Of a DNA stretch of 64,000 nt, positions 20,001-30,442 are shown piece by piece. Position 1 is the first letter of the stretch, and each line of letters begins with the position of its first letter. A program made the position numbers and the translations under genes. The notes beneath the pieces are model-generated. The model searched no databases. It saw only the letters and a list, made by a program, of their open reading frames with translations, and was not told the DNA's origin. The stretch comes from Candidatus Fraserbacteria bacterium (GTDB taxonomy: Bacteria > Bipolaricaulota > Bipolaricaulia > RBG-16-55-9 > DRXL01), in the NCBI GenBank assembly GCA_947085185.1, contig CAMTVK010000007.1, positions 76,191 through 140,190 on the forward strand, in the 5' to 3' direction.

Positions 20001-21997
20001 AACTCTCCACCAGCGATCGCGCGTTCTACGAGCAGGTAGTGGGCACCAAGGCCGCCCAAGATATTCGCGATCCCAAGACCAACCACGTGGTCGTCTCCCA
20101 AGACGAGACCATCACGCGGGCACTAGCAGAGAAACTGCGCGCCCTCAAGATCGAGACGATCCGCGTGCGCCCTACGATCGTCGTCCGGTCACCCATGCGC
20201 TGCACCGTCCGACGCGGCGTCTGTCAACAGTGCTACGGCTACGATCTGAGCACCCATAAGTTAGTCGAGCTTGGTACGGCCGTGGGCGTCATCGCCGCGC
20301 AGTCTATTGGCGAGCCCGGCACCCAATTAACCATGAAGACCTTCCACACCGGGGGCGTAGCAGGCATAGATATCACCCAGGGTCTGCCTCGTGCAGAGGA
20401 GCTCTTTGAGGCGCGCAAGGCCGTGCGAAGCTCCCAGAGCGAGATCGCACCGATCAGCGGTGTCGTGACACACCTCACCCAGTCCCCACAGACCGGACGA
20501 CCGATGGTCACCTTGCACGGCGACGAGAGGCGCATCCGACTGCCCAAAACGCTCTGCGCCTCCCCAGGACAGGGCCCAGCCATACAGCTAGGCCAGCTGC
20601 TCCAGAGCCACAGCCCCCGCAGCGGCACAGTGCGGATCATCGAAACGGAAAAGCTCCGCAAGCTCTATATTCTCGAGGAGCACGATACTCTCTACACCGT
20701 GCCGGAGGGCGTCAAGCCCCTCGTGAGCCACGGCCAGAAAGTCCCTGCAGAGACGCTGCTCGCCGAGCCGTTCCATGAAGAGCCTCTGATCTCGACCGTG
20801 GACGGCGTCGTCGAGGAGGTCATAGAGAACGAGGAACGCGCCATCATCATCAAAGAGAAGGAGACCGGCAACCGCGTGCGCTACAAGATCCCCTACGGGG
20901 CACGCCGCTCCGTCAACCCCGGTGACAAGGTCGTGCAAGGCGAAAAACTCTCCACGAGCTCCAAGCCCATCGAGCTGCGCGCGCGCACCGCAGGCTACGC
21001 CATCGTCACCAAGAACCAGATTATCGTCTATCAGCCCGCCGAGGGCAAGGAGTTCACGCTCACCGAGGACGTCACCGTCTTAAAGGCCGACGGAGACTGG
21101 GTCGAAGCTGGAGAGCCGCTCTTCGCGCTCACCCTGCCCAGCGATGAGCTTGTGCACATTGACTCTATCAGATCTATAGACGACGAGCTCGTCGAGATCG
21201 CTTATCACCAAGAGACAACAGTCGAGCTGACCAACCCCCCAACGGTGCGCGTCGGCGATAAAGTACAAAAGGGCGAACTCCTCTCCAAAGGGGTGATCTC
21301 GCCCCATCGATTGCTGAGCATCGCTGGGGTGGACAAAACGAGAACATATCTGCTTGAAGAGATCCACAAAGTCTACAAGAGCCAGGGCGTGGATATCAAC
21401 GACAAGCATATCGAGCTGGTCATTCGGCAGATGCTCAACAACGTGCGCATCATTGACCCAGGAGATTCGCAATTCTTGCCCAACGAGCTGGTCCTGCTAG
21501 AAGAGTTCCAAGCGGAGAACAAGCGTCTGCTTGAGGAGAATCGTCAGATTCGTCTCCAGCGCGAGCAGATCATCGGCCTGACGGTGGCTGCGCCGATTAC
21601 CGATAAGACGGGAGCGGTCATCGCGGCGAAGGGCAGCACGGTGACGAGCGAGCTGCTCCGTGCGGCGCTGCGCGCCGGGGTGACGGAGATCGTGCTGGAG
21701 CGTGGCAAGGAGAAGGTGACACAGCGCATCGCGGAAAAGCGCCTGCCCAACGGCGAGCGCGTGCTGTTGCGCATCTCCAAAGCAGCCCTGGAGACCAAGT
21801 CGTGGCTCTCGGCCGCGTCGTTCCAGAGGACCACGACTGTGCTGGCCGAAGCGGCGCTCAAGGGCGCTGTGGACCGCTTAGAGAGTCTCAAGCCCGCCGT
21901 GATCGTGAGCAAGAGAATCCCTGCGGGGACGGGCTTCAAACGTCCGGCGCCTCAGCCAACGGCTATGCCCGCCCCTGAAGCGCAGCAGACTGCATGA
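17045..21997 (+). CDS. rpoC: DNA-directed RNA polymerase subunit beta-prime
   Basis: ETINYRT, Zn finger, [45 protein letters not shown]. Confidence 0.98.
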   Translation: MISGDDIAKLRIGLASPEEIKSWSRGEVTESETINYRTHKAERGGLFAEEIFGPENDYECACGKYRGRKHEGITCEKCGVLVTSSDVRRSNMAHVELASPVVHFWYLKGISSPLSTLLGIKRATLKKIAYYETTPIEEEMYIVTQSGSGDFSKGDIVYGTQLHILGEKKKFTAERLYALESDFTISAEGDGKVSFEKIKLENGEELKLIKLANATKAFPVPLNAEMLVQSGEKAQVGQPLARLLKEEYLSETTFNFLKSVYPDLKGKKVIETVDSLIYLVTSVKSPHVPLKVGDRLWELEKSAYEKLYPGQFEAETGAAGIKGVLANLDLAALEAELHAMIAQEPTEGKRKRLLKRLEIVQQVRRSGNHPQNMVLSVIPILPPELRPIVQLEGGKFATTDLNDLYRRIINRNNRLKKLLEMGAPEVILRNERRMLQEAVDALIHNEKKDNPILGRDNRPLKSLSERIQGKHGRLRRNLLGKRVDYSGRAVIVVNPKLKLHQCGLPKKMALELFKPFILSRLGVTAISNFDDVKNKALSGEMPEVWDILEQLVKEHPVLLNRAPTLHRLGIQGFEPVLVDGESIQIHPFVCRPYNADFDGDMMAVHLPLSKEAIQETREIMLSSKNILSPANGKPLSIPTQDAIFAYYYLSILDPNGLGKGKYFANLAEAQRAYEEKLISLHAPIKIRIDGKLIDTTLGRALLNTAFPPDLRDYGKTFDSDAINALIMECYFKHGLERTVQLLDDLKDLGFSFATRSGLTISVRDCLIPPEKEAILAEARQRVAKINERYERGLVTDEERKTKIIEVWMETVDKIADATMKNLAQHPFNPIYMIVESGARGSATQVKQLSGMRGPMSDPSGRIIEMPVISNFREGLNVIEYFISTHGGRKGTADTALKTADSGYLTRRLVDATEELIVKAEDCGTTEGIEIDPLYYTKPHEVMETIEERIYGRVLAQDLVFLGQTLMKRGEVFDREKAQRIGGLQAELSTSDRAFYEQVVGTKAAQDIRDPKTNHVVVSQDETITRALAEKLRALKIETIRVRPTIVVRSPMRCTVRRGVCQQCYGYDLSTHKLVELGTAVGVIAAQSIGEPGTQLTMKTFHTGGVAGIDITQGLPRAEELFEARKAVRSSQSEIAPISGVVTHLTQSPQTGRPMVTLHGDERRIRLPKTLCASPGQGPAIQLGQLLQSHSPRSGTVRIIETEKLRKLYILEEHDTLYTVPEGVKPLVSHGQKVPAETLLAEPFHEEPLISTVDGVVEEVIENEERAIIIKEKETGNRVRYKIPYGARRSVNPGDKVVQGEKLSTSSKPIELRARTAGYAIVTKNQIIVYQPAEGKEFTLTEDVTVLKADGDWVEAGEPLFALTLPSDELVHIDSIRSIDDELVEIAYHQETTVELTNPPTVRVGDKVQKGELLSKGVISPHRLLSIAGVDKTRTYLLEEIHKVYKSQGVDINDKHIELVIRQMLNNVRIIDPGDSQFLPNELVLLEEFQAENKRLLEENRQIRLQREQIIGLTVAAPITDKTGAVIAAKGSTVTSELLRAALRAGVTEIVLERGKEKVTQRIAEKRLPNGERVLLRISKAALETKSWLSAASFQRTTTVLAEAALKGAVDRLESLKPAVIVSKRIPAGTGFKRPAPQPTAMPAPEAQQTA

Positions 21998-22553
21998 GCG
22001 CCTCGAGCGCTCGACGCCTGTGGCTGATGCGATTCTTGACGGTGGGCCCAAGCTCCGCAAGCGTCTGCTCGTAGCCGTCCGGTATGAAGACCGGGTCATA
22101 GCCAAAGCCCGCGGTGCCTCGCGGAGCCGTCGCGATCCGCCCTTCAAGAACTCCTGCACCCATAAGCTCTTTCCCATCGGGCCAGACGAGCACCGCGACG
22201 CAGCGAAAGCGCGCCCGACGATCGGTGCTCCCTTTCAGTGCGTCGAGAAGTTTTTCGATGTTCGCCCGGTCGTCTCTGTGCGCGCCGGCAAAGCGCGCCG
22301 ACTGCACCCCAGGTGCCCCACCGAGCGCATAGACCTCCAGCCCAGAATCCTCAGCGAGCACGGGCAAGCCCGTCTGAGCACAGATCTCGTGGGCCTTCTT
22401 GCGCGCGTTCTCCTCAAACGTCCGGCCGTCTTCGAGAACGTCCTCGAAAGGACACTCAGAGAACGTGAGCAGTTTCACATCTGAAACCCCAGCGAAGATC
22501 TCCTTGATCTCTCTGATCTTATTGGGGTTTTTTGTGCCGAGTACGAGGACCAT
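21963..22553 (-). CDS. rdgB: Non-canonical purine NTP pyrophosphatase
   Basis: [27 protein letters not shown]. Confidence 0.95.
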   Translation of the reverse strand: MVLVLGTKNPNKIREIKEIFAGVSDVKLLTFSECPFEDVLEDGRTFEENARKKAHEICAQTGLPVLAEDSGLEVYALGGAPGVQSARFAGAHRDDRANIEKLLDALKGSTDRRARFRCVAVLVWPDGKELMGAGVLEGRIATAPRGTAGFGYDPVFIPDGYEQTLAELGPTVKNRISHRRRALEALMQSAALQGRA

Positions 22554-23588
22554 TCAGCGACGCTCGGCGATCTCGCCCACGCCCTTCAGCTGCAATGTCT
22601 TGGCGAAGTGACAGCTCACGAAGTGCTCCCCACCGATGTCCACGAACGCCGGCTCTTGCTCCTTACAGACGGGCTGGGCGTAAGGGCAGCGGGGATGGAA
22701 GTAACACCCTGAGGGCGGGTTGACCGGGCTGGGCACGTCGCCTTTTAAGATAATTCTCTCTCGCTGATAATCCGGATCGGGCACCGGAACTGCTGACAGC
22801 AGGGCTTCGGTGTAAGGATGCTTGGGATTCTGAAAGAGCTCTTCGGTCTCGGCCATCTCTACGATCTTGCCCAAGTACATCACCGCGACGCGGTCGCTGA
22901 TGTGGCGCACCACCGAGAGATCGTGCGCGATGAACAGATACGTCAGCCCAAACTCTTTCTGCAGATCCTCCAACAGATTGAGCACTTGGGCTTGGATGGA
23001 GACATCCAGCGCTGAGACGGGCTCATCACAAACGATCAATTTGGGGCCGAGGGCTAAGGCGCGGGCGATCCCGATGCGCTGGCGCTGCCCCCCGGAGAAC
23101 TCATGGGGGTAGCGCTTCATATACTGGGGGTTGAGCCCGACGGCTTCGAGGAGCTCTCTCACACGGGCTTCGCGCTCGGCAGGAGTGCCCACACGGTGGA
23201 CGACCAACGGCTCCCCAATAATATCCCCAATAGTCATCCTGGGGTTGAGCGAGCTATAGGGGTCCTGAAAGATGATCTGCATCTGGCGCCGCAGGGGCTT
23301 GAGCGCACGATTGGAGAGCTTCGCTATATCTACGGTGTGTCCGTTGGTGCGAAAGAGGATGCTCCCATCGGTGGGGTCAATCAAGCGGAGGATCGTGCGG
23401 CCAGCGGTGGTCTTGCCACAGCCGGACTCGCCTACCAGCCCCAACGTCTCCCCTTGGCGGATGAAAAAGCTCACGCCGTCCACGGCCTTCACGTGCGCCA
23501 CAACCCTGCGGAAGACCCCGCGCCGCACGGGAAAGTACTTCTTCAGGTTGCGTACTTCGAGCAAGATCTCGTTCTGTGTCGTTGCCAT
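22554..23588 (-). CDS. oppF: Oligopeptide ABC transporter ATPase
   Basis: [25 protein letters not shown]-terminal Cys domain. Confidence 0.9.
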   Translation of the reverse strand: MATTQNEILLEVRNLKKYFPVRRGVFRRVVAHVKAVDGVSFFIRQGETLGLVGESGCGKTTAGRTILRLIDPTDGSILFRTNGHTVDIAKLSNRALKPLRRQMQIIFQDPYSSLNPRMTIGDIIGEPLVVHRVGTPAEREARVRELLEAVGLNPQYMKRYPHEFSGGQRQRIGIARALALGPKLIVCDEPVSALDVSIQAQVLNLLEDLQKEFGLTYLFIAHDLSVVRHISDRVAVMYLGKIVEMAETEELFQNPKHPYTEALLSAVPVPDPDYQRERIILKGDVPSPVNPPSGCYFHPRCPYAQPVCKEQEPAFVDIGGEHFVSCHFAKTLQLKGVGEIAERR

Positions 23589-23595
23589 AGTCACC

Positions 23596-24591
23596 TCAGA
23601 AGCGGGCCCAACACGCGACCTTGTGCTGCGCTTTGACCTCTTTGAGCTCGGGCATCTGTGTCCGACAGATATCCATCGCTTCGGGGCAGCGCGGCTCAAA
23701 CGGACACCCCTTGGGCAGATTGTACGGGTCTGGTACCATCCCTTTGATGGGCTTGAGCCGCTCCTTCTTGCGCGTGAGCGCCGGGATAGACTCCATCAGC
23801 CCGATCGTGTACGGGTGCAACGGATCGTGATAGATCTCCCGAACGGGAGCCTCTTCGACCACCTTGCCCATATACATAATCACCACGTCATCGGCCATCT
23901 CTGCGATCACCCCTAAATTATGGGTGATCATCATCAGGGCCATGTGGAACTCACTCTGGAGCTTTCTTATGAGATCTAAGATCTGTGCTTGGATGGTCAC
24001 ATCGAGGGCCGTCGTGGGCTCGTCGGCGATCAAGAGATGGGGGTTGCAACTGAGCGCCATGGCGATCATCGCTCGCTGTCTCATCCCCCCTGAGAGCTGA
24101 TGGGGGTATTCGTCAACGCGTTGCTCTGGGGAGGGGATGCCCACGGCCTTGAGCATCTCGATAGCGCGCGCGCGTGCCTCGCGCTTGCCCACCTTCTGGT
24201 GGAGCATGATCGCTTCCATGATCTGATTGCCAATCGTATAGACGGGGTTGAGCGAGGTCATGGGCTCTTGAAAGATCATGGCGATCTCGTTGCCGCGGAT
24301 CTCGCGATACTGCTTGCCCTTGGGGTCCAATTTTGTTAATTCGAGCTGTTGGCCATTGCGATAGTAGACGATTGAGCCCGAAAGAATCTTGCCTGGCGGC
24401 ATGGGGACAAGCCCCATAATCGAGAGGGCTGTGACCGATTTTCCGCAGCCGGACTCGCCTACTACTCCGAGGGTCTTCTGCCTCTCGATGGAGAAGCTGA
24501 CTCCGTCCACAGCCTTGACGACCCCGTCTTCGGTGTAAAAATACGTCTTGAGGTCGCGCAGCTCGATGAGCTTTTTAGTAGTGATCGCCAT
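23596..24591 (-). CDS. oppD: Oligopeptide ABC transporter ATPase
   Basis: [29 protein letters not shown]. Confidence 0.9.
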   Translation of the reverse strand: MAITTKKLIELRDLKTYFYTEDGVVKAVDGVSFSIERQKTLGVVGESGCGKSVTALSIMGLVPMPPGKILSGSIVYYRNGQQLELTKLDPKGKQYREIRGNEIAMIFQEPMTSLNPVYTIGNQIMEAIMLHQKVGKREARARAIEMLKAVGIPSPEQRVDEYPHQLSGGMRQRAMIAMALSCNPHLLIADEPTTALDVTIQAQILDLIRKLQSEFHMALMMITHNLGVIAEMADDVVIMYMGKVVEEAPVREIYHDPLHPYTIGLMESIPALTRKKERLKPIKGMVPDPYNLPKGCPFEPRCPEAMDICRTQMPELKEVKAQHKVACWARF

Positions 24592-24597
24592 AGAGTC

Positions 24598-24849
24598 TCA
24601 CGGGCGAGATGCAAAATACGTGAGCACGAACGCGAGCCCTATGAACGCCGCGGCGAGCCACGCCGTGGCGGTGCGCTTGGGATCGGCCTCTTCTTCGCGA
24701 CCGAAGACCGTCGAGGTCGCGCCAGCCCCAAAGGCCCCTCCCAACCCCGCGTGCTTGCTCATCTGCAAGAGAATGATCCCGATCAACGCAACGCTCACCA
24801 AGACGAATACCACCTTGAGAGGGATCTCCAACGCTCTGAGTATCTCCAT
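24598..24849 (-). CDS. secG: Preprotein translocase subunit SecG
   Basis: Two TM helices; LLQ...GLGGAFG...FG pattern. Confidence 0.9.
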   Translation of the reverse strand: MEILRALEIPLKVVFVLVSVALIGIILLQMSKHAGLGGAFGAGATSTVFGREEEADPKRTATAWLAAAFIGLAFVLTYFASRP

Positions 24850-24912
24850 AAGTCTCCGTGATCACCTTCACTGTTGGTTGTGGAGAGATTGTATCATGAT
24901 TTGGGAAATTCT

Positions 24913-25563
24913 TCAACCGAAACGCTCTCCAAATAGCGTCGTCACCCAGGAGATGACGGGCATGAGCAGATGCTGGAGCACGCCCACATAGAGCAAGAAA
25001 AAGATGATCACAAAGCCGAAGGGCTCCAGCATCAGAAAGAGGCGCTTGCCCCCTTCAGGGAGCAGATAGAGCAAGACCCGCGAGCCGTCCAACGGCGGCA
25101 CAGGGATGAGATTAAACACGGCCAAGATCAGATTGATCGCGACGAAATAGAACACAAAGAACGAGAGCAGCTCTGGGAAGCTCGCGCCCAGCCCATACCA
25201 CACTCCCAAGCCCGCCCCAGCCAAAAGCACATTGGCTATCGGCCCAGCGAGGGCTACCACCATCATCCCTTGATAGGGATGACGAAAATAGACGGGATTG
25301 ACAGGGACGGGCTTGGCATAGCCTAAGATCGGGATATTCATCCCGAGGAGAAATCGTAAGGCCGCTATCAGCAAGGGCAAGAGCACCGTGCCGAAGGGGT
25401 CAATATGAGCGAGGGGATTGAGCGTCAAGCGTCGGGCATCGCGCGCCGTGGGGTCGCCCAACGCATAGGCGACGCGCCCGTGCGCATACTCGTGAAAGAC
25501 CACAGCAGCAAAGAACGCCACCAACGCCAGCGCTACCTCCACCATCGCTTCGAAAGACATCAC
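24913..25563 (-). CDS. Site-2 protease (M50 family)
   Basis: HEYAH, AGP, FNLIPVPPLDG. Confidence 0.92.
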   Translation of the reverse strand: MMSFEAMVEVALALVAFFAAVVFHEYAHGRVAYALGDPTARDARRLTLNPLAHIDPFGTVLLPLLIAALRFLLGMNIPILGYAKPVPVNPVYFRHPYQGMMVVALAGPIANVLLAGAGLGVWYGLGASFPELLSFFVFYFVAINLILAVFNLIPVPPLDGSRVLLYLLPEGGKRLFLMLEPFGFVIIFFLLYVGVLQHLLMPVISWVTTLFGERFG

Positions 25564-27215
25564 ACATCTCCTTTGGGAGCGACCATCAGCGTGCCCTCTT
25601 CTTGGGTCATCAAGACGAGCCCTGGGCGCCCGGCCTTGCGTAAGTACTTCACACGAGTATAGCTCACCGGGACCTTCTTTGCATCCCGACCCTTAGAATA
25701 ATACGCGGCAAGCTGCGCAGCTTGCTCTAAGACTTCTTGGGGGATTTCGCGCTGCGCGGGATTTTTGATAATCACGTGCGAGCCAGGACGATCCCGCGCA
25801 TGGAGCCAATAATCTTCGCGAGCGGCGCGACGGACCAGCTCGTCGTTCTGTCTGCTGGACCGCCCTACCCACACTCGATATCCCCTGATGACGAACTCGC
25901 GCGGGCCAAGCGCTTGAGCGTGAGCAAGCTCTTCCCTCGCGCGCGGCAGATACCCCGCAGCACGCAGCTCCTCACGAATCTCCCCAAGATCAGCATCGCT
26001 GGCCGCGTCCTCTAGAGACTGCGCGACGCCCTCAAGATATTCGATCTGTTGGCGTAGTTCTGCCACGCGCGCGGCGAGCTTCTCTTGGGCTCGCTTCAGC
26101 TTTTTATAGCGCTCGAACTTCTGCTGCGCGTTCTCTGCGGGGTCGAGAGCCGGATCGAGCTGTATAGTCTTTCTCGTCCCGTCGAGAAAATCTTCGAGTT
26201 CGATCTCGGTCATGCCCTTGCGCAGCTGCGACAGATGGGCCAAGAGCAGCTGGCCCTCGTGGCGAAGCCGCTCGCAGTCTTGAGATCTCCTCAAGTCTTG
26301 GGTGACGCGCTCCAGGGCGCGGCGCACCCTGACACAGTGTCCTCGCACGAGCTCGTGAAGCCGACGCTGTTCTTGAGCAAAGCTGCTTGGAGCAAGATAT
26401 CTATCCAGAGCTTCCGAGAGAGTTGGGTAACGTTCGCAGCGGAGATGGGCATAGAGTTTCAAGGGGATGGGAGCGACATCGTAGGGCCTTTCGCCATCGA
26501 AGTACAGACACGGGGAGAAGCTGACGCTCTCGAAGAGCTGGCGCGCAAGAGCCCAGAGGGCTGTACGCTGCTGCGCTGGGAGCGCTCGGGCGGGCTGAGT
26601 CGGATCGAGGGCTGCTCGCAGGGCGATCTCTTTGGCCAAGCGCGGTCCGATCCCGTCTACAGTCTGCAAAAGCGCGTGGGTGATGTCCTGACTTGAGAGC
26701 TCCAGTCGCTGAGAAAATTCTTGTTGGGGCATCGTCCGCGGGTCGAGCTTGCTTTGGGAGGGCGGAGCTTGATAGACTTCCCCAGGGCGAAACGATCGCT
26801 GCCCCACAGAAGATTTCAGAGCCCCTAGGATCATGTCGTTGCGCAATAAAATAATATTCGCGTGCTTTCCCAGGAGCTCCGTTCTCAGAATATACTCTTC
26901 GCCATGTCGGATGTGCACGTCGAGGATGCGCTCCAGGCCCGGCTGGGAAACCCTGAAGATCATGCCGTTGTGCAGGTATTTTCGCAAGAGCATACAGAAG
27001 GCCGACGGCTGTTGGGGATGAGAAAACAGGTGGCGTGTGAGATGGACGCGCGCGTTCTCTCCAGCTTCGATGAGCAAGCGCTGCTCTTCGCCAACCCACA
27101 GCTCAAGGGTGAGGAGCTCGGGCTGGGGGTGAAAGATCTTTTGGATGCGGCTGCCGGGGAGCTGTTCGCCCAACTCGGCGGCAAGCGCGGCGACCGTCAG
27201 ACCGTCTATAGTCAT
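25560..27215 (-). CDS. rqcH: Ribosome quality control NFACT protein (FbpA/RqcH)
   Basis: DG at N-terminus, FCMLLRKYL, ENAQ...YKK, GRxxxQND, WLHA...GSHV. Confidence 0.92.
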   Translation of the reverse strand: MTIDGLTVAALAAELGEQLPGSRIQKIFHPQPELLTLELWVGEEQRLLIEAGENARVHLTRHLFSHPQQPSAFCMLLRKYLHNGMIFRVSQPGLERILDVHIRHGEEYILRTELLGKHANIILLRNDMILGALKSSVGQRSFRPGEVYQAPPSQSKLDPRTMPQQEFSQRLELSSQDITHALLQTVDGIGPRLAKEIALRAALDPTQPARALPAQQRTALWALARQLFESVSFSPCLYFDGERPYDVAPIPLKLYAHLRCERYPTLSEALDRYLAPSSFAQEQRRLHELVRGHCVRVRRALERVTQDLRRSQDCERLRHEGQLLLAHLSQLRKGMTEIELEDFLDGTRKTIQLDPALDPAENAQQKFERYKKLKRAQEKLAARVAELRQQIEYLEGVAQSLEDAASDADLGEIREELRAAGYLPRAREELAHAQALGPREFVIRGYRVWVGRSSRQNDELVRRAAREDYWLHARDRPGSHVIIKNPAQREIPQEVLEQAAQLAAYYSKGRDAKKVPVSYTRVKYLRKAGRPGLVLMTQEEGTLMVAPKGDV

Positions 27216-27524
27216 AACTAAATTATAGCGAGCGCGAGGCTCCCTTGCAGCTGAGCCCCCAGAGCAAAATTATAAAAACTCTCATGGGAAGCTAAGAATC
27301 GAACAAAAACCGAGCAAAACTGTCAGATGGTGGAGTCCATTTGTTACAATATAGCTGATGTAAAAATGTCCAGACTCAGCAAGAAAGGAGGGATATCGTC
27401 GGGGGAAGGCAGCGCATCAATGTTGGACGCGGTATCGTACTGGAAAGCCATAAACGAAGACCGGCTGGTATGCGCAGCCAGCCGAAAGTCAGTTTGATAA
27501 TGCACAAAGGAGGTATCACAGGCT

Positions 27525-29984
27525 ATGAGAAAAGCGTTGGTATTTCTGGTGGCGGTAGCGGTTCTCGTTCCCACAGTGGCTGTGGTTGGCTTTGCTCAGC
27601 CCAAATGCGTCCCCGCTTGTTCGGAGAACCCCAAGGTGATGGATCGCGACCCCATCGAAGCATCGGCGGAGTTCAAGGGTGGTCAAGTCCAAGCTGGAGG
27701 CCTCAAGCCTATTGACCTGGAGCCCAACCAAGAGCAGACCTTCGGGCTGCCCTCGGGCACCAAGACTGTCGTCATCACTGCTGGGGAGGGCGATCTCACC
27801 TATGTGCTCACGAAAGTGGTGGGCACGGGCGCGCGCGCAGTGCGCACTAAGATCACCGACGGGGCTGTCCCGGCAAAGCAATCCGTGACCGTGACCGTCC
27901 CGGCGTTCGATCGTGCCAAGCAGGAAGCTATGGAGCTGACTGTCACGGCTGGCTCTAAGAAGACCTCGGTCTCGCTGGTCTTCCAAGGGGCTCCCGCCGA
28001 TGAGACCGTCCTGCCACGCGTTGCGGTAGAATTAGAGATTTCCAACCAGGGGCCTGAGGCCGTCAATTACGAAGTGAAGGACGCGCTCAACAGGACTGTG
28101 AAGAACGCCGGCAAGGATGTGAAGGGCTCTATCGGCAAGGGCGAGAAGGCTGTTGTCGGCATCGAAGAGAGCCTTGGGCCCAATCGCGTCCTGCAGATCA
28201 GCACCAAGGGTGATGCCAAAGTAGATATTAAGATCTACTTTGAGCAGATCCCGCAAGCCCATGAGATCGGCAAAGGCATCTATGCCGCGACGTCGATCGC
28301 TCGGCCGCGCACCCTCAATCCCATCACTTTAACGGATACAGCAAGTGCGCTCATCGCCGACCGGCTCCATGACACGCTCTTGGATGGGCCGGTGGGCGCG
28401 GAGACCGGCGCGATCGCCGAAGCGTTCGAAGTCACCCCCGATCGCAAGACCGTCACGTACACCCTGCGCAAGGGCGTCAAGTTCTCCGACGGCACGCCCA
28501 TCACTTCAGAGGACGTGCGCTTCACCTTCGAGAACTTGGTCTACCCCACGGATATCGCCACCAGCATCCGCGATGTGCTCTACTGCAAAGGCGGGAAAGA
28601 CCTGCCCACCGTCAAGGTGATCGATGAGCGCAAGATCAGCTTCACCTGCGCTGCTCCGGCTGCACAGGTGCCCTTCCCCATGACGGGCTTTGTGGAGATC
28701 CTCTCCAAGAAGAACATCTTGAAGCTCGCCCCAAACGTGGAAAAGAGCCCGAAAGACTTCAACAACGTCTATGGGGTGAACACCAAGCCCGAGGACATCG
28801 TGGGCGCGGGGCCGTTCAAACTGAAGAAGCTCGACCCCAACACGATCGCGGAGTTTGAGCGCAACCCCTTCACCTTCCGCGTCGATGAGAAGGGCAATCA
28901 ACTGCCGTACATCGCGGGCATTCGCATTCTGCTGGCGCCCACCCAAGGGCTAGAGCTGGCGCTGCAGCAGTTCCGTAACGGCCAGACGGACTTCTTGGGT
29001 CCGCGCCCGGCAGATATCGCGATCTTGCAGTCGGACAAGGCCGCCGGACGACTCCCCATCAACGACGACATTGACTCCGGCCAAGCGGTGTTCGGCACGG
29101 AGTTCTGGGTGGTGAGCTGGACCACGAAGAACCCCACGCTGCGCGCGGCGTTTGCCAACAAGCAAGTGCGCTTCGCGTTCTCCCATGCGTCGGATCGCGC
29201 TTCGATCGTGAAGAACATCCGGCTCGGCTTGGGTACGGAGATCTACTCGCAGTACTCGGTTCCCAGCCCCTACCACATCGAGCGGCCCGGCCAGAAAGCG
29301 GACGTCCTAGCCCGCTGGGAGCAAGCGAAGAAGCGCTTTGACTTAAAGAAGGCCGCGGAGATCTTAGATAGCTTGGGGATCAAGGACACGAATAACGACG
29401 GCATCCGCGAGATCCCTGCGAACTTCGCCAACGACTTCGGGCCGCAGACCAACCCCGCAGGGCCGTTCAAGTTTGAATTGAACACCAACGTCGGCAACAC
29501 CCTGCGCGAGGAGATGATCAAGCTGCTCGCTTCCGATCTGAAGAAGATCGGCATCGAAGTCACGGCTGTGCCCAAGGACTTCGCGGCTCTTGTTGATCAG
29601 TTGACGGTCGGTGACTACGAGGCGATCTTGATCGGGTTGACGGGTGGTCCAAGCGCTGCCAGCGGGATCAACGTCTACACGTGCGACGGCAACCTGCACT
29701 TCTGGAACGTCAACGCCGGTCCAGGCTGCGCCAACGCCACCGAAGACGAGAAGAAGCTCGATGCGCTCTATCGTCAACTCGCCGATGAGACCGATGAGGA
29801 GAAGCTGCGCCAGCTGGCGGATGAGGCCCAGTTCGTCTTTGCCAATCACCTGCCGTATATCCCGTTGACAGTGGGGAACGGCTTGGCGGCCTTCCGCACG
29901 GACACGATCCGCAATCACGGGCGTGCGCCGTTGGGCAACCAGCTCGTGCTCTTCTGTAAAGGCGGGCGCTGCCGCGGTGGGTAA
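27525..29984 (+). CDS. Family 5 ABC substrate-binding protein with long N-terminal extension
   Basis: LRKGVKFSDGTPITSEDVRFT, GPF, GNQLPY; about 240 extra beta-rich residues after the signal peptide. Confidence 0.85.
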   Translation: MRKALVFLVAVAVLVPTVAVVGFAQPKCVPACSENPKVMDRDPIEASAEFKGGQVQAGGLKPIDLEPNQEQTFGLPSGTKTVVITAGEGDLTYVLTKVVGTGARAVRTKITDGAVPAKQSVTVTVPAFDRAKQEAMELTVTAGSKKTSVSLVFQGAPADETVLPRVAVELEISNQGPEAVNYEVKDALNRTVKNAGKDVKGSIGKGEKAVVGIEESLGPNRVLQISTKGDAKVDIKIYFEQIPQAHEIGKGIYAATSIARPRTLNPITLTDTASALIADRLHDTLLDGPVGAETGAIAEAFEVTPDRKTVTYTLRKGVKFSDGTPITSEDVRFTFENLVYPTDIATSIRDVLYCKGGKDLPTVKVIDERKISFTCAAPAAQVPFPMTGFVEILSKKNILKLAPNVEKSPKDFNNVYGVNTKPEDIVGAGPFKLKKLDPNTIAEFERNPFTFRVDEKGNQLPYIAGIRILLAPTQGLELALQQFRNGQTDFLGPRPADIAILQSDKAAGRLPINDDIDSGQAVFGTEFWVVSWTTKNPTLRAAFANKQVRFAFSHASDRASIVKNIRLGLGTEIYSQYSVPSPYHIERPGQKADVLARWEQAKKRFDLKKAAEILDSLGIKDTNNDGIREIPANFANDFGPQTNPAGPFKFELNTNVGNTLREEMIKLLASDLKKIGIEVTAVPKDFAALVDQLTVGDYEAILIGLTGGPSAASGINVYTCDGNLHFWNVNAGPGCANATEDEKKLDALYRQLADETDEEKLRQLADEAQFVFANHLPYIPLTVGNGLAAFRTDTIRNHGRAPLGNQLVLFCKGGRCRGG

Positions 29985-30007
29985 AGCTTAAAAAAGAGCA
30001 AGTCGGT

Positions 30008-30050
30008 GCGAGGGTGCGAAGGTGACTTCGCGCCCTCGCTTGTTTTTGTT
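30008..30050 (+). terminator. Intrinsic terminator
   Basis: GCGAGGGTGCGAAG / CTTCGCGCCCTCGC stem followed by T-rich tract. Confidence 0.75.
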
Positions 30051-30054
30051 GCCT

Positions 30055-30348
30055 TACTACTACTACTACTACAGAATATATATTCTATATAGTAGTAGTA
30101 GAGGGGGCCAAACCCTGTGGAAAACTTTTCGACCGACCGGTCAGTCGACGATTTTTCTTTTTCTTAAGAAGAAAAAGAAGAATTACTATACAGATGTCGG
30201 GCTGTGGAAAACCCTGTGGAAAACCTGTGGAAATCCTGTGGAAAACTCCTGTGGAAAACTCGGCGGGAAAGTTTTCCACAGGCGATTTCCACAGGTTTGG
30301 GGGAGTTATCCACAGGTTTTCCACAGCTTTATCCACAGGTTTTCCACA
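30055..30348. other. Candidate replication origin oriC
   Basis: 12 DnaA-box-like 9-mers (two perfect TTATCCACA, rest TTTTCCACA-like), TAC/TAG trio tracts, GC cluster, AT-rich segments, intergenic. Confidence 0.85.
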
Positions 30349-30442
30349 GGACTGTGTCCCCTCTTCACGTGATGGCAGCGGTCACTACGAGAGTTCGGTA
30401 TAATGGTCCCAACAGAATAAGCAAGAACAAAGGAGGCTTAGG

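Noticed and set aside
30200..30350. Short repeat array as a CRISPR or iteron array
   Set aside because: Units are 9-mers matching DnaA boxes with very short gaps and switch orientation; no spacers or cas genes
30022..30403. ORFs across the origin-like region
   Set aside because: Low-complexity translations of DnaA boxes and TAC repeats
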